From IMG/VR virus record IMGVR_UViG_3300019360_000001: DNA of 64,000 nt; one strand, given 5' to 3'. The position numbers were made by a program, and so were the translations under genes. This DNA comes from a virus. A model generated the notes under the pieces. That model made no database searches. It was not told the DNA's origin and was given only the letters and a program-made list of their open reading frames with translations. This document shows positions 1 to 10,017 of this stretch, one piece after another (positions within the stretch are counted from its first letter, which is position 1; every line of letters starts with the position of its first letter).

Positions 1-836
1 ATTCCTGGAGGAATGCCGAATGCTTTTTTTGCCTCTATTTTATCTATTGGCTTAAATATGCTATTGTCAACTCCTGCCTGAATTACATCTGTCACATTTA
101 ATGGTTTTATATTCATTTTTCTAGCCAAAAGACATCTGCTTTGCTCTTCTAAAACTTTTTTGCCAAACCAAGAGTAAGCAAACAGATGGTCAACTTTAGA
201 ATAGTCTCTTAGCCATTCCCATTTTTGTGGATGAGAATCTACACAAGCAGACAAGAAAAACAAAAAATTATCTCTTAAAGGAGATTGGTTTATATGTTCA
301 ACCATCCATGCATCTCGCAAATCAAATAAAACATCTGGCTTAAAATCTGCCAATGCATATGAAAGTTTCCACTTGCCAAATTGATTTTGTCTATAATTAG
401 ATTGATATTCTTGTGCCTCTATATTATTAATAGGAAGTACGTGGTAATATTGCCAAGGTATACTTTCGGCCCTTGGCTCTAAAGATCTTGCATTTCCGTA
501 ACTGGCTATTTCTGCAATATCGAATTTGCCGATTTTATGAAGTCTTTGCATTACTTCACTTGTAAAAGTTGCAAATCCAGTATTCAAATAAGATGCCTCG
601 CTACTAAAAAGTATTCGTCTTTTGTAGTCAGACTTAGGTAAGGCATTAATTTTTCTTTTAATTTCGACTATATCATTACCAATATCTTGGAAATCTGCTC
701 CAATAATATCTGGCATTGAGTTTAACTTAAAAGACTGAGCAGGCGTACAATGAGATTGTTCTTGAAACCTTGTTCTTGCCGCTCTCTTTTCTGCTCTTCT
801 TTGGGCCTTAATCTGTTGATTCCTGTTCTTGCTCAT
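1..836 (-). CDS. Glycosyltransferase (GT4-like), runs off the left window edge
   Basis: Manual translation from ATG 836 gives MSKNRNQQ...RILFSSEASYLNTGFATFTSEVMQRLH...FGKWKLSYALADFKPDVLFDLRDAWM...GVDNSIFKP. This is a GT-B N-terminal pattern. Absent from the ORF track because it is truncated. Confidence 0.75.
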   Translation of the reverse strand, partial: MSKNRNQQIKAQRRAEKRAARTRFQEQSHCTPAQSFKLNSMPDIIGADFQDIGNDIVEIKRKINALPKSDYKRRILFSSEASYLNTGFATFTSEVMQRLHKIGKFDIAEIASYGNARSLEPRAESIPWQYYHVLPINNIEAQEYQSNYRQNQFGKWKLSYALADFKPDVLFDLRDAWMVEHINQSPLRDNFLFFLSACVDSHPQKWEWLRDYSKVDHLFAYSWFGKKVLEEQSRCLLARKMNIKPLNVTDVIQAGVDNSIFKPIDKIEAKKAFGIPPG

Positions 837-1170
837 TATAGGAATTCTCCGAATCATAATTACCGACAGATATAATAGAAACTTTGTTGGCCGTTATTTT
901 AAGCTTGGACAATGTTTCCCCAGTTTGCTTGGAAACCCAAATATCACGTCGTAATTGTCCTACTATCTCAACAAGATCGCCACGAAATATATTATCTTTA
1001 ATATTATTTACTTCTTCTCCCCAAACTTCTATGTCTATAGATAGAGGATTTTTTACTTTCCTAGTTTTATGAACTACCCTAAAATCTGCTACTGGAATTT
1101 GATGTTTCTTGGTGCTCCTAAAAGATATATCTGAGGATACTCTTGCACTAAGCTGTATTTGATTAGACAT
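808..1170 (-). CDS. ssb: Single-stranded DNA-binding protein
   Basis: OB-fold pattern IEVWG...GDLVEIVGQLRRDIW...SKLKITA, with an acidic tail. Confidence 0.8.
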   Translation of the reverse strand: MSNQIQLSARVSSDISFRSTKKHQIPVADFRVVHKTRKVKNPLSIDIEVWGEEVNNIKDNIFRGDLVEIVGQLRRDIWVSKQTGETLSKLKITANKVSIISVGNYDSENSYNEQEQESTD

Positions 1171-1179
1171 GTTTTCTCC

Positions 1180-1572
1180 TTAAAAGTCTCCCACTGGAGC
1201 TTTATTTTCCTTTTTTGTTGCGTGTGAAGATTCTGTCTGTTTGTTGTCGAACTTCTTAAGAGGCCCAAGAACAGAAACACTACTGCCAGATACATATAAT
1301 TTTTTCCTCTTTGCTCCGCTGGCCTTATCTACCCAACTATCTTGACGGAATGACCCTTGAACATAGATCTTTATATTTCCTTGTCCTTCGCTAAGAGATT
1401 TTCGCAAAGAATCAGTCAAATCCCAAGATTCTACCGAAACAAAAATTCCGTCATCATTGTCTTTAACTGGTGGAATACGAACAGAGAACGAGGAAATACA
1501 ATGCTGTCCAGCATATCTCTCTTCGTAATTATAGAGTCCACCCTCTATGTAAATAAAATTGTTTCTTGCCAT
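1180..1572 (-). CDS. ssb: Single-stranded DNA-binding protein
   Basis: FVSVESW...IYVQGSFRQDSWVDKASGAKRKKLYV; C-terminal tip GDF. Confidence 0.85.
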   Translation of the reverse strand: MARNNFIYIEGGLYNYEERYAGQHCISSFSVRIPPVKDNDDGIFVSVESWDLTDSLRKSLSEGQGNIKIYVQGSFRQDSWVDKASGAKRKKLYVSGSSVSVLGPLKKFDNKQTESSHATKKENKAPVGDF

Positions 1573-1638
1573 GAATTTCTCCTTTAAAAACAGGCTTTTT
1601 ATAATTTTCTATAATACTAATAAATAATTTACAAACAT

Positions 1639-4600
1639 TTATGACTGTTCTACATGATTAACTATGAAAGATCCTCCTTTTTTATGGCCTTTAAAAAGTA
1701 AAACACTATCTTGTTTTATAAGTGTTTTGTGAATCGAATAACAACTATTAAACATTACTGCATCTAACATAAAACTTTTATCTTCTAATGTAATAAATGC
1801 CATTTCTCTCTGTCTTTTATCAAGAATCTGTCTAAAAGAAGATATTTTTGCCACTACACAAATTTGTGTATTATCTTTCTCTTTCTCAACTTCAATTAGG
1901 AAATGACTAACCTTCTCATTTAAGAACGAATCGACAGATGAACAAGTTGCAGGAATGCCCAAATAATGTCCTTCAAACCTTGCCAAATCTCTTATACAAT
2001 ATTCTTTCCCATTATCATAATTACTAATAAAATACTGACATTCTATAGCAAGATTACTCGCTCTATTTGCATTAATTATTTTCAATTCTTTGTTTTCTTT
2101 GTTTATAAAATCCAGCATGGTTTGCACAGATTCCTCAAATGATTTTCCTTTTTGTAATTGCAAGCTTTTTATTTCGCTTTTAGTTTCCTTTGTTATTTTA
2201 TCAGGAATACCAGTAAATATATGATTAAATATTGGCAATTCTTTTTCTGTTAGTTGATTAATAAATTCTTTGCACATCATCATTTGTTTTCTGCTTAGTC
2301 CGAAATGGCTCATTGCTCCGCTTAGAACCATACCGTCGAATATGTTTTTCTTGATTTTGCTGAATAATATATCGTGCCAACTCATACCACTGATTTTCTC
2401 TATATATTTTATGGCACTTTCTCCTATTCCTTTAACGTGACTTAAGCCAAAATATATATTGTTGCCATCTACTTCAAAATCTTTGTTTGCCCTTTTTATA
2501 CTTGGCGGCAAAATATGCACATTAAATCTTTTGGCATCAAAAAATATTGACCTTATTTCTTCTTGAGGATTTTGCTCATTTTTAGAATAATAAAGTAATG
2601 ACCAAAAGAATTTTGACGGATCATTTAATTTAAGATATGCAGTAATATATGCAAGTTTAGCATAAGCTAGAGAATGCGAATTAGAACATACCATCCCATT
2701 TGCGACAAAATTATGTTCTTCTGTGTCCATTTCAATATCATAAGTATCTTCCAATCCATGGTATTCTATGGAAATGACTATACTTTCTTCTGTTTCATTT
2801 AAGTTATTACAAATTATACTGGTTTCGTTTATTAAAAAATCCTCTACTTTTACATATCCATTATTGGTATAAAATTTATGGTCTTTTGTTGTCCTTATGC
2901 TTTTGCCATTAGATAAAGTAATAGTGTAAGTTTCTTTTTTGCCATTAAAATAAATATCCTTTATTTTTCTTGGTCTAATACGACCATCTTTATCTAGAGC
3001 AAGTATTTGCCCATATCCATGTATAGCATATTGTTTATCATTTTTTATTTTGAATAAATGCTCTATAGAAATAATACTTTTTGACCGTTCTTTGTTGCCA
3101 CGATAAACTAAAGTTTCTCCTGAAATGCACTTGTTAAAATTATAGCCGGAAGAAGCATCGATCCATTTCCAAAGCTCTTTTGCGAGTTCTTCTTTGTATT
3201 TGTTTTTAATACAACCCTCTATAAAATTTTTCTCATGTTTAATCATTTCTTGTGGGAGTTTTCTGGCGAAACATTTCCTCACTGCATCGCTCTCAACAAG
3301 ATTAAATCCGGCAAACTTTTTAATGATTTCAATTAATTCTTCCTGATATACACATATTCCATAAGTATCTTTTAATATCGGTTTCAATTCTTCGTGCAAA
3401 TATATAATCTCTTCTGGTTTTGCCCTATTTTTTAAATATTCATCGGCCATTTCTATTTCCAAAACTGCGGGTCTTAATAGAGCGTTAATATCAGAAAGCT
3501 CATTTAGGTTTTTTGGCTTAATTTTTTTACACCAGTTTTTACCTAAAGGAGTTTCAAGTTGAAATATTCCTCTGGTATAACCATTGCTTATTAGCTCATA
3601 AACTCTTTTATCGCTAAAATCTTTAAAGTCTCTAATATTTCCATTGTATATTTTACTACATACATCAAGGGTTTTTAATCCTAGAATGTCTAATTTTAGA
3701 TATCCCATTTCTTCTAGATCATACATGTCAAAAGCCGTTAACGTTTTGCCATTTTTTGCGTCATAACAAAGAGGAATTTTTCCGAATACTGGCTCATCAG
3801 CAATTAATATGGCCGATGCATGAGAAGATCTTTGCCTAGCTATATTTTCAAGTCTTTGTGCTACGTCAAATGTGACTTTTAATTGCCTTTGTCTTTCGGC
3901 AATCATATCTTCAAGAACTTTTATTTGGGCTTTATCTTTAGATCCAGATATTTCTTGCTTCCATCGTTCTGTGTCTTTATCTTCGCCTTCAGTTGCCAGC
4001 GCTTTTATTTCTGGTACTTCTTCTATTGCTTGTTTTATGCTTTCACACTTATGAGGGAAAAGATCAGTAAGTTCATTCATATAGGAAAATGGCAGCCCAA
4101 TAACTTTGCCAACATCTTTTATTGCGGCTTTAGATGCCATCGTAGACACGGTACACATTTGGAAAATTCTATCTTCTCCAAATTTATTTCTTAGATAATC
4201 TACAACCTCATTTCTTCTTTCTATACTAATGTCCAAATCTATATCAGGATATGAGCCTTTTCTTCCTATATTGTAAAATCTCTCCCAAATTAAGCCATAT
4301 TCTATAGGATCAACTGCTGTTATCTCCAATAGATAAGCACACAGGCTTCCAGAAGCAGAGTTATGAACCACAAAGTTTGAAGTAAGATAAGAATGACTAT
4401 TATTTACAGTAATGTCATAAACAAAATTTGATCTCGAAGTTTTTATATCTAAAATTCTAACTATATTTTTATGTTCATCTTTTGTTTTACTAGGAACAGA
4501 AAGTCCTTTAAATCGTATCTTATAAGATTCTTTGCACAAATATTTGTCACGTTTAAAAGGTTTTCTGGTTATTCTTGAACTTTTTATGCCCATATAAAGT

Positions 4601-6822
4601 AAAGAAGTTCTTATATCTTTCGCTAATCTGGGACTTGTAGTATCTATACATTCTCTATATTTTTCTACATGTCCATCAGCACTCTGCAATCCAAGAATTA
4701 AACTTCTTAATAAATTATTTGGAAGATAAACAAGATCTCCCAAATATTTAGTTTTTGATGTGTTTTCGTAATCACAAAAAAATGATTTAATCCAAAGTGC
4801 CAAAAGTTTATTGTTTATAAGTAACTGTGTTAATTTTGTATCTTTTTCTTTTCTTATACTAACTTTAAATCCTTTGTCAATAAAAAACTTTTGTGTACGT
4901 TCAATCTCAAAAGTATCATCTGAATTGAATGCTATTCCAACTTGGTATTTGGTTTTTGTTGCTACCCATCCATCTCCAACCCATTTACCTATTTGATAGG
5001 CAAATTCTTCATCCCATTTTAAATATCTATCAAATGTATTTATATTTGTATTTTTATTTTTCTTCCAAGTTTCATAGTCTATTGAGTTTTTATTTAAATG
5101 CTCGCACAAAGAATTTAATGATTTAATAGTTCTTGTAGCAATACGACCATCCGATGTATAGTCTGATAATTTGCCACGCTTAGCTTTTTGTAGAAAATTT
5201 CTAGAAATTCCTAGAGTTTTTGACAATGCTCTAATGCCTATATAATTTTTAATTGGTATATTTTTTGAGATTTTATCATTTTCTATAATAAAATCATTGT
5301 CCGCATAACTAGACAAATCAACATTATTTTGATTTATGATTCTTCTATTATTTATATTTGGAATAATTAATGCATCTCCTTTTTTTAATAGGCCTGCCTC
5401 GATCCATTCTGGTTTAGTATTTATATTTTGATATACTCCATCGCAACCTATTTTTCTTCTGAATGCATAAACTTTATGATCTTTGGTTAACGTTATTGAC
5501 CCAAAAGAATTTGTGGTTTTTATGTTTAATAATTCCTCGTCTACTGGATATTTATAAGTTTTCAATACTTTTTGTGGTAATCCAAGATGGTCATAAACTG
5601 TATCTCCGATAATAACATCGGAAAGATTTATCAAACCTCTTTCCGTATGTACTAGACAATCTCCGGTAAGACACCCTCTCCCTATGCCTACGGGAATTTT
5701 GTTATTTAAACAAAACTTAACAACGTCCCAAACAATAAGGAAATAATCTTGCAAAAATGCTTCTTCGATGTCTGCTATTTCTTTTTTAACTCTGTCTAAA
5801 TATTCTTGTTTATTTATTTTTTTAGCAATTCCCAATTTAGCCCATCCTTCTCTTAGCTTTTCTTTAAGAAGCTCTATAGATTGAGATGGGCTTAAATCTT
5901 TATCAAATTTTGGCATATGATTTTGCTTTAGAGGAATTTCAGCATTACACATTTCTGCCACTAATTTAGTATTATTAATTTCTTCTTCTGTAAATTTTGC
6001 CTTCATTTCATCTTCAGATCTCAAATAATAATCATAGCCATTAAATACTAATCTTCCTCTTTCTCCTGTGTCTCTATTTGCTGGCGGATCATTTAATGTT
6101 GCTCTTGCCTCAATTGCTTTTAGACACTCATGTGGAAAAGAATCGTCTTTGTTTACGTAGTGCGAATCTGAAGTAGCGCAACATCTTAGTCCTAAATCTT
6201 TTGCAAGTTTTCTACTGGATTCTATGATAATGTCCTGTTCTTTAATAAATATTTCTCTGTCTGGTTTGTCAAGAGGATCATTAACAAGCTGAATTTCTAC
6301 GAAAAATCTATCTTTCCCTAAGATCTTAATAAATCTTTCTGCATATTCTTTGCCCAGTTGATAATCATTATTACTAAAAGCTCGGTTAATTATCGAGGCC
6401 ATACATCCAGACAAAACTATAAGCCCCTTGTGATACTTTTCAAGGTCTGCCCAACTTATTCTTGGCTTATAATAAAAGCCACCTTCTTGCTCAACTGGTT
6501 TACTTGATATATATGTTAGCTTATAAAGATTGGAAAGCCCCTCGTTGTTTTGACACAAGACTGTTAAATGATTTGACTTTCTTTCTTTGGCCTGATGATC
6601 ATTTGTCCAATATGCTTCAATGCCCAAAATTGGTTTTATGCCATATTTTTTACAGGACTTTTGAAATTCTATATGTCCCGTGACATTTCCATGATCACCT
6701 AATGCCAATGCACTATAGCCAAGTTCTTTGGCTTTTTTAGCCATCTCATCTGGTCTAGCAAGGCTATCTAAATAACTATAATAAGAGTGATTGTGCAAAC
6801 TAATGTATTTAGAATTACTCAT
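1639..6822 (-). CDS. dnaE: DNA polymerase III alpha subunit containing two inteins
   Basis: PHP domain (LHNHSYYS, DHG), GRG/SASGS, catalytic PDIDLD, KLDILGL, FNK/SHSLAY and a C-terminal OB fold (MAFITLED). Confidence 0.97.
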   Translation of the reverse strand: MSNSKYISLHNHSYYSYLDSLARPDEMAKKAKELGYSALALGDHGNVTGHIEFQKSCKKYGIKPILGIEAYWTNDHQAKERKSNHLTVLCQNNEGLSNLYKLTYISSKPVEQEGGFYYKPRISWADLEKYHKGLIVLSGCMASIINRAFSNNDYQLGKEYAERFIKILGKDRFFVEIQLVNDPLDKPDREIFIKEQDIIIESSRKLAKDLGLRCCATSDSHYVNKDDSFPHECLKAIEARATLNDPPANRDTGERGRLVFNGYDYYLRSEDEMKAKFTEEEINNTKLVAEMCNAEIPLKQNHMPKFDKDLSPSQSIELLKEKLREGWAKLGIAKKINKQEYLDRVKKEIADIEEAFLQDYFLIVWDVVKFCLNNKIPVGIGRGCLTGDCLVHTERGLINLSDVIIGDTVYDHLGLPQKVLKTYKYPVDEELLNIKTTNSFGSITLTKDHKVYAFRRKIGCDGVYQNINTKPEWIEAGLLKKGDALIIPNINNRRIINQNNVDLSSYADNDFIIENDKISKNIPIKNYIGIRALSKTLGISRNFLQKAKRGKLSDYTSDGRIATRTIKSLNSLCEHLNKNSIDYETWKKNKNTNINTFDRYLKWDEEFAYQIGKWVGDGWVATKTKYQVGIAFNSDDTFEIERTQKFFIDKGFKVSIRKEKDTKLTQLLINNKLLALWIKSFFCDYENTSKTKYLGDLVYLPNNLLRSLILGLQSADGHVEKYRECIDTTSPRLAKDIRTSLLYMGIKSSRITRKPFKRDKYLCKESYKIRFKGLSVPSKTKDEHKNIVRILDIKTSRSNFVYDITVNNSHSYLTSNFVVHNSASGSLCAYLLEITAVDPIEYGLIWERFYNIGRKGSYPDIDLDISIERRNEVVDYLRNKFGEDRIFQMCTVSTMASKAAIKDVGKVIGLPFSYMNELTDLFPHKCESIKQAIEEVPEIKALATEGEDKDTERWKQEISGSKDKAQIKVLEDMIAERQRQLKVTFDVAQRLENIARQRSSHASAILIADEPVFGKIPLCYDAKNGKTLTAFDMYDLEEMGYLKLDILGLKTLDVCSKIYNGNIRDFKDFSDKRVYELISNGYTRGIFQLETPLGKNWCKKIKPKNLNELSDINALLRPAVLEIEMADEYLKNRAKPEEIIYLHEELKPILKDTYGICVYQEELIEIIKKFAGFNLVESDAVRKCFARKLPQEMIKHEKNFIEGCIKNKYKEELAKELWKWIDASSGYNFNKCISGETLVYRGNKERSKSIISIEHLFKIKNDKQYAIHGYGQILALDKDGRIRPRKIKDIYFNGKKETYTITLSNGKSIRTTKDHKFYTNNGYVKVEDFLINETSIICNNLNETEESIVISIEYHGLEDTYDIEMDTEEHNFVANGMVCSNSHSLAYAKLAYITAYLKLNDPSKFFWSLLYYSKNEQNPQEEIRSIFFDAKRFNVHILPPSIKRANKDFEVDGNNIYFGLSHVKGIGESAIKYIEKISGMSWHDILFSKIKKNIFDGMVLSGAMSHFGLSRKQMMMCKEFINQLTEKELPIFNHIFTGIPDKITKETKSEIKSLQLQKGKSFEESVQTMLDFINKENKELKIINANRASNLAIECQYFISNYDNGKEYCIRDLARFEGHYLGIPATCSSVDSFLNEKVSHFLIEVEKEKDNTQICVVAKISSFRQILDKRQREMAFITLEDKSFMLDAVMFNSCYSIHKTLIKQDSVLLFKGHKKGGSFIVNHVEQS
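2680..3129 (-). mobile_element. Mini-intein (150 aa) in DnaE at FNK/SHS
   Basis: Starts CISGETLV, block B TKDHKF, ends HNFVANGMVCSN before the +1 Ser. No endonuclease domain. Confidence 0.9.
4360..5673 (-). mobile_element. Intein (438 aa) with LAGLIDADG homing endonuclease in DnaE at GRG/SASGS
   Basis: Starts CLTGDCLV, block B TKDHKV, LAGLIDADG blocks IGKWVGDG and ILGLQSADG, ends VVHN before the +1 Ser. Confidence 0.93.
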
Positions 6823-6935
6823 ATTATTTGTGTCTTTCGTTTCTGTTACTAAGACGACTATCTAGCTTATGTTTAATCAATACACAAGTTAAATTGCTTA
6901 TAAATGTTATAATGAATATTGCCAAGTAATTCATG

Positions 6936-7970
6936 TTATTTTTTTAATTGTGGTTTACTATTTTTAGATAGTCTTTTTAGCCATTCAAGTTTTTCTACCT
7001 TTGTTTCACTTGGAGGGCCTACTTTCCTTCCGTTTCTTACAAATTCTTTGTGGTGCTCCTTGCATAGCTCTATGCTACACATATTCTTACAATAAAAATC
7101 AAAATTTACTGTGCCATCTGACCTATCACATCTTCGACTAGGGTTTGTATCGCCTTTAATAAGATGCCAGTATTTTTTTATAGATTCTTCTGTCCTTTTT
7201 TCAGCATCTGGCTCAAAAGATAAAGTAATAGGACCGCTTCTAAGATAATATATTGTTATTAAAATATTTTTGTACTGCTTATATTTATTTCTTACTGCTA
7301 AGTTGTAAATTAAAAGCTGAGGATCGTTTAAACACTCATTATAAGACATTTTGTGTTTGCCAGATTTATAGTCTGTTATTTCTAATGTATCAGCATTTAT
7401 TTCGTTTACAATGTCTAAAAGACCAACAACAGGAATTTCTTCATCTCCATCTTTAATTTTTAGCTCAAACCATTCTTCTACTTGCAAGACCTTTTTGTTT
7501 ATTGGATTTTGCAGAGTCTTATCGTTTACTATTTTTTCTATTAGTTTTATCACGTCTTTAAATTCTTCTATTGGACAGCCTGCAAATGTATCGATAGATT
7601 TTCCTGCTATATTACAGTTACCATCCATATAGAAGGAGCAAGTATTACATTCTTTTTCTCGCTCCAAAGCCTTATTTGATAATTTCCAAATTCCTTCTTC
7701 TCTAAAACAATAGAGAATTTCATCGTACCATGTAGAAGCTATTGTCGGGTTTTCTATGCCATCTCTTTTTGCTTCTCCTAGTTTCTCAAAAACTATATGA
7801 ACTAAAGTGCCTGCTTCTGCGGCCCAAGAAGTTCCTCCTCCTAATCCAAGATGATATGTTAAATAGTAAGAAAAAGGACAAGCCTTATATTTCTCTATTT
7901 TGCTTTTGCTAATTGAATTAATTTTCAATGTTTTTCTTTTCTTGTTCTGTAAATGCAACGGATGATGCAT
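6936..7970 (-). CDS. PD-(D/E)XK nuclease (RecB/AddB-like exonuclease)
   Basis: SKSKI..Y..CP, GTLVH, VGLLD...ITDYKSG, QLLIY and C-terminal Cys cluster. True start is probably near LKINSISK. Confidence 0.85.
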   Translation of the reverse strand: MHHPLHLQNKKRKTLKINSISKSKIEKYKACPFSYYLTYHLGLGGGTSWAAEAGTLVHIVFEKLGEAKRDGIENPTIASTWYDEILYCFREEGIWKLSNKALEREKECNTCSFYMDGNCNIAGKSIDTFAGCPIEEFKDVIKLIEKIVNDKTLQNPINKKVLQVEEWFELKIKDGDEEIPVVGLLDIVNEINADTLEITDYKSGKHKMSYNECLNDPQLLIYNLAVRNKYKQYKNILITIYYLRSGPITLSFEPDAEKRTEESIKKYWHLIKGDTNPSRRCDRSDGTVNFDFYCKNMCSIELCKEHHKEFVRNGRKVGPPSETKVEKLEWLKRLSKNSKPQLKK

Positions 7971-8007
7971 CTAATAGATTTTATCCAACTAAACATTTAA
8001 TGTTCCT

Positions 8008-8832
8008 TTAAAATAAAAGTTCTGTGCTTTCCATTCCGCTTGCCGATTTATGACCCCCGCCATTAAATATTTTAGCTATTTCACTACAGTCAAAATCTTT
8101 GCTTGATCTAAGACTGTATTGCCATTTTCCGTCGCCTCGTTTAAAATAACCTATCGCCAATGGACACTTTTCCTTGACTATCTTATTGTTTAAGAGCCTA
8201 CTTATAGACCAATAAGGACAATTAATAACCGGCACATTCATTCCGGCAAATTTACCAAATGCATTAGAAAGTACAACATTGATAAAATTGGGCATCATTT
8301 GGCATATGTATAGCTCTGTGTACTGAGCAACCATTAGTCCTTTTTCATATAATTCATTAAATGAAGCATTGCTTAGTTTTTCAAAGTCTTCTATTGTGTT
8401 GTTGTACAAACTAGATCCTGCTGCAATTTCTCTAGAAGAGGGTAGTTCCCAGGCCCATCTATCTGCATCATCAATGTATTTAATAAACATTGGCACAGCT
8501 TCTGATGGATTAAAATGTTCCCAAGCTAAAACGGCACCAGACTTATTCATGTCAAATTTAGCGAAGTCAAGCCCTTCTAGTTCTTTTTCAGCCGTAGCAT
8601 GATGATCAAGAATCAATAAACTTTTTGCCACTTCTTTTATTTTTAAACAAAAATCTCTTTTAAATGAAAAATCTAAAATATAAACCTCTTTGTCTATAAA
8701 ACACTGAAGGTCAATATTTTCTCCGTAATTCATTTGCAAGTATCGTGCTGAGTCTTTGAATTTGTGCCAAGCACACCAAGCCGCAGCAGTCCCATCTTTA
8801 CAATTTTTATGCGATATAACCAGTCTATTCAT
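8008..8832 (-). CDS. DHH/DHHA1 phosphoesterase
   Basis: H..C.DG, ILDFS, LDHH, SLRS and GGGHKSASG motifs. Confidence 0.9.
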   Translation of the reverse strand: MNRLVISHKNCKDGTAAAWCAWHKFKDSARYLQMNYGENIDLQCFIDKEVYILDFSFKRDFCLKIKEVAKSLLILDHHATAEKELEGLDFAKFDMNKSGAVLAWEHFNPSEAVPMFIKYIDDADRWAWELPSSREIAAGSSLYNNTIEDFEKLSNASFNELYEKGLMVAQYTELYICQMMPNFINVVLSNAFGKFAGMNVPVINCPYWSISRLLNNKIVKEKCPLAIGYFKRGDGKWQYSLRSSKDFDCSEIAKIFNGGGHKSASGMESTELLF

Positions 8833-9109
8833 TTGTCACCATTTCCTCGTCTTTAATATACTCTATATTGTAATGTTCCTTTTTCCATGTTCTTGCCATA
8901 ATCATTGTGGCAAATAAAACGGCATCTTGTGAAGATTCTGCGCCCAAAACTTCTACTATCTGTTCAAAATGCACCCTTTCTTTTGTATTTGTAAAGTCTA
9001 AATGTTTTGGCTTCATTCTTATGTCTGTTATTATAAAAATAACTCGAAAATTCTTAAGATCTTTATCTTTAACTTCTGTTTTATCTTTTGACTCTATTTG
9101 TTCATCCAT
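8825..9109 (-). CDS. Hypothetical protein
   Basis: ORF coupled to its neighbour, with an SD-like sequence upstream. Confidence 0.6.
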   Translation of the reverse strand: MDEQIESKDKTEVKDKDLKNFRVIFIITDIRMKPKHLDFTNTKERVHFEQIVEVLGAESSQDAVLFATMIMARTWKKEHYNIEYIKDEEMVTNE

Positions 9110-9126
9110 TTTTTCCTACTCCAATT

Positions 9127-9160
9127 ATAAACTACCCACCAGCTAAAGCAAATGGGTTTC
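9127..9160 (-). mobile_element. Solo IS200/IS605-type right-end hairpin (scar)
   Basis: Minus strand GAAACCCATTTGCTTTAGCTGGTGGGTAGTTTAT resembles tnpB element right ends (GAA.CCC...CTTTAG...GGGTAGTTCAC). Intergenic; no transposase nearby. Confidence 0.6.
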
Positions 9161-9178
9161 TGGCGAGTCCGAAATAAA

Positions 9179-9748
9179 TTAGTTATTTTCATTTTCCCTC
9201 CAGATACTATATACTATATAATGAAGTATGCTCATTGACAAATCTTCGACATATGAGAATTCATTGCTAGGAATTACTATTTTCTCATCTGCTATACTTG
9301 CTAGACCATTTTCTATATTTTCATTTCCAGTAATAGATACTGTGGATAATCCGTGTTCCTTTGCCCATTCCGTAGCTTTTATAAGATTTTTAGATGTGCC
9401 ACTAACACTAATTGGAATAAATAAATCGCCAATACTTGCAAAAGTAGACAATTCTAATACAAAAGATTCTGAGTGTCCTAAATCATTTTCTATAGCAGAC
9501 TGTAATCCTGGGTTTGATCCTAGAGCAAATACTTTTGCGGTTTGTCCATTCTTAATTTTCATGTGTTTTAATAAGTCTTGTGCAAAATGGAAAGCATTCA
9601 AAGCACTGCCGCCATTACCAGCAACTATTATCTTGTTGCCAAAAATAATACTCGTCATAACTAGTTCTCTTAAAGATTCTATTTCATAATAATCCAGCTT
9701 ATCTATTATATTAATATTTTTGTCAAAATATTCTCTTGCTTTTTTCAT
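9179..9748 (-). CDS. gmhA: Phosphoheptose isomerase (SIS domain)
   Basis: AGNGGSA..A.HF, ND.G, ISVSGTSKN and VED...ILH motifs. Confidence 0.85.
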   Translation of the reverse strand: MKKAREYFDKNINIIDKLDYYEIESLRELVMTSIIFGNKIIVAGNGGSALNAFHFAQDLLKHMKIKNGQTAKVFALGSNPGLQSAIENDLGHSESFVLELSTFASIGDLFIPISVSGTSKNLIKATEWAKEHGLSTVSITGNENIENGLASIADEKIVIPSNEFSYVEDLSMSILHYIVYSIWRENENN

Positions 9749-10017
9749 TCTTCTTGGTTCCTTTTAGACAAAAATAGATTACTATTAAGCATCTTGTCCC
9801 ACTGAGCAGAAGTTATTGCAAATAGCTTTGCATTTTCTGGCATTTCCTCTTCTATGTCTTTTATCTTTTTTAGGAAAATAGTTTCTTCTTTGTTTTGGTC
9901 AACAACAACTGTTTCGAAACCATCAGATGAATTAACTGATATAGCAATTATTCCTTTGTTGCTTGATATAAAGTCTTCTGGAATTCTATTTTCTGCCATT
10001 TTATCTTTAATTTTCAT
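9745..10017 (-). CDS. Hypothetical protein
   Basis: ATGA-coupled ORF. Confidence 0.6.
   Translation of the reverse strand: MKIKDKMAENRIPEDFISSNKGIIAISVNSSDGFETVVVDQNKEETIFLKKIKDIEEEMPENAKLFAITSAQWDKMLNSNLFLSKRNQEE

Noticed and set aside
6936-7970. Cas4 as evidence of a CRISPR system
   Set aside because: The PD-(D/E)XK nuclease sits in a replication/recombination module with no cas1/cas2 or array.
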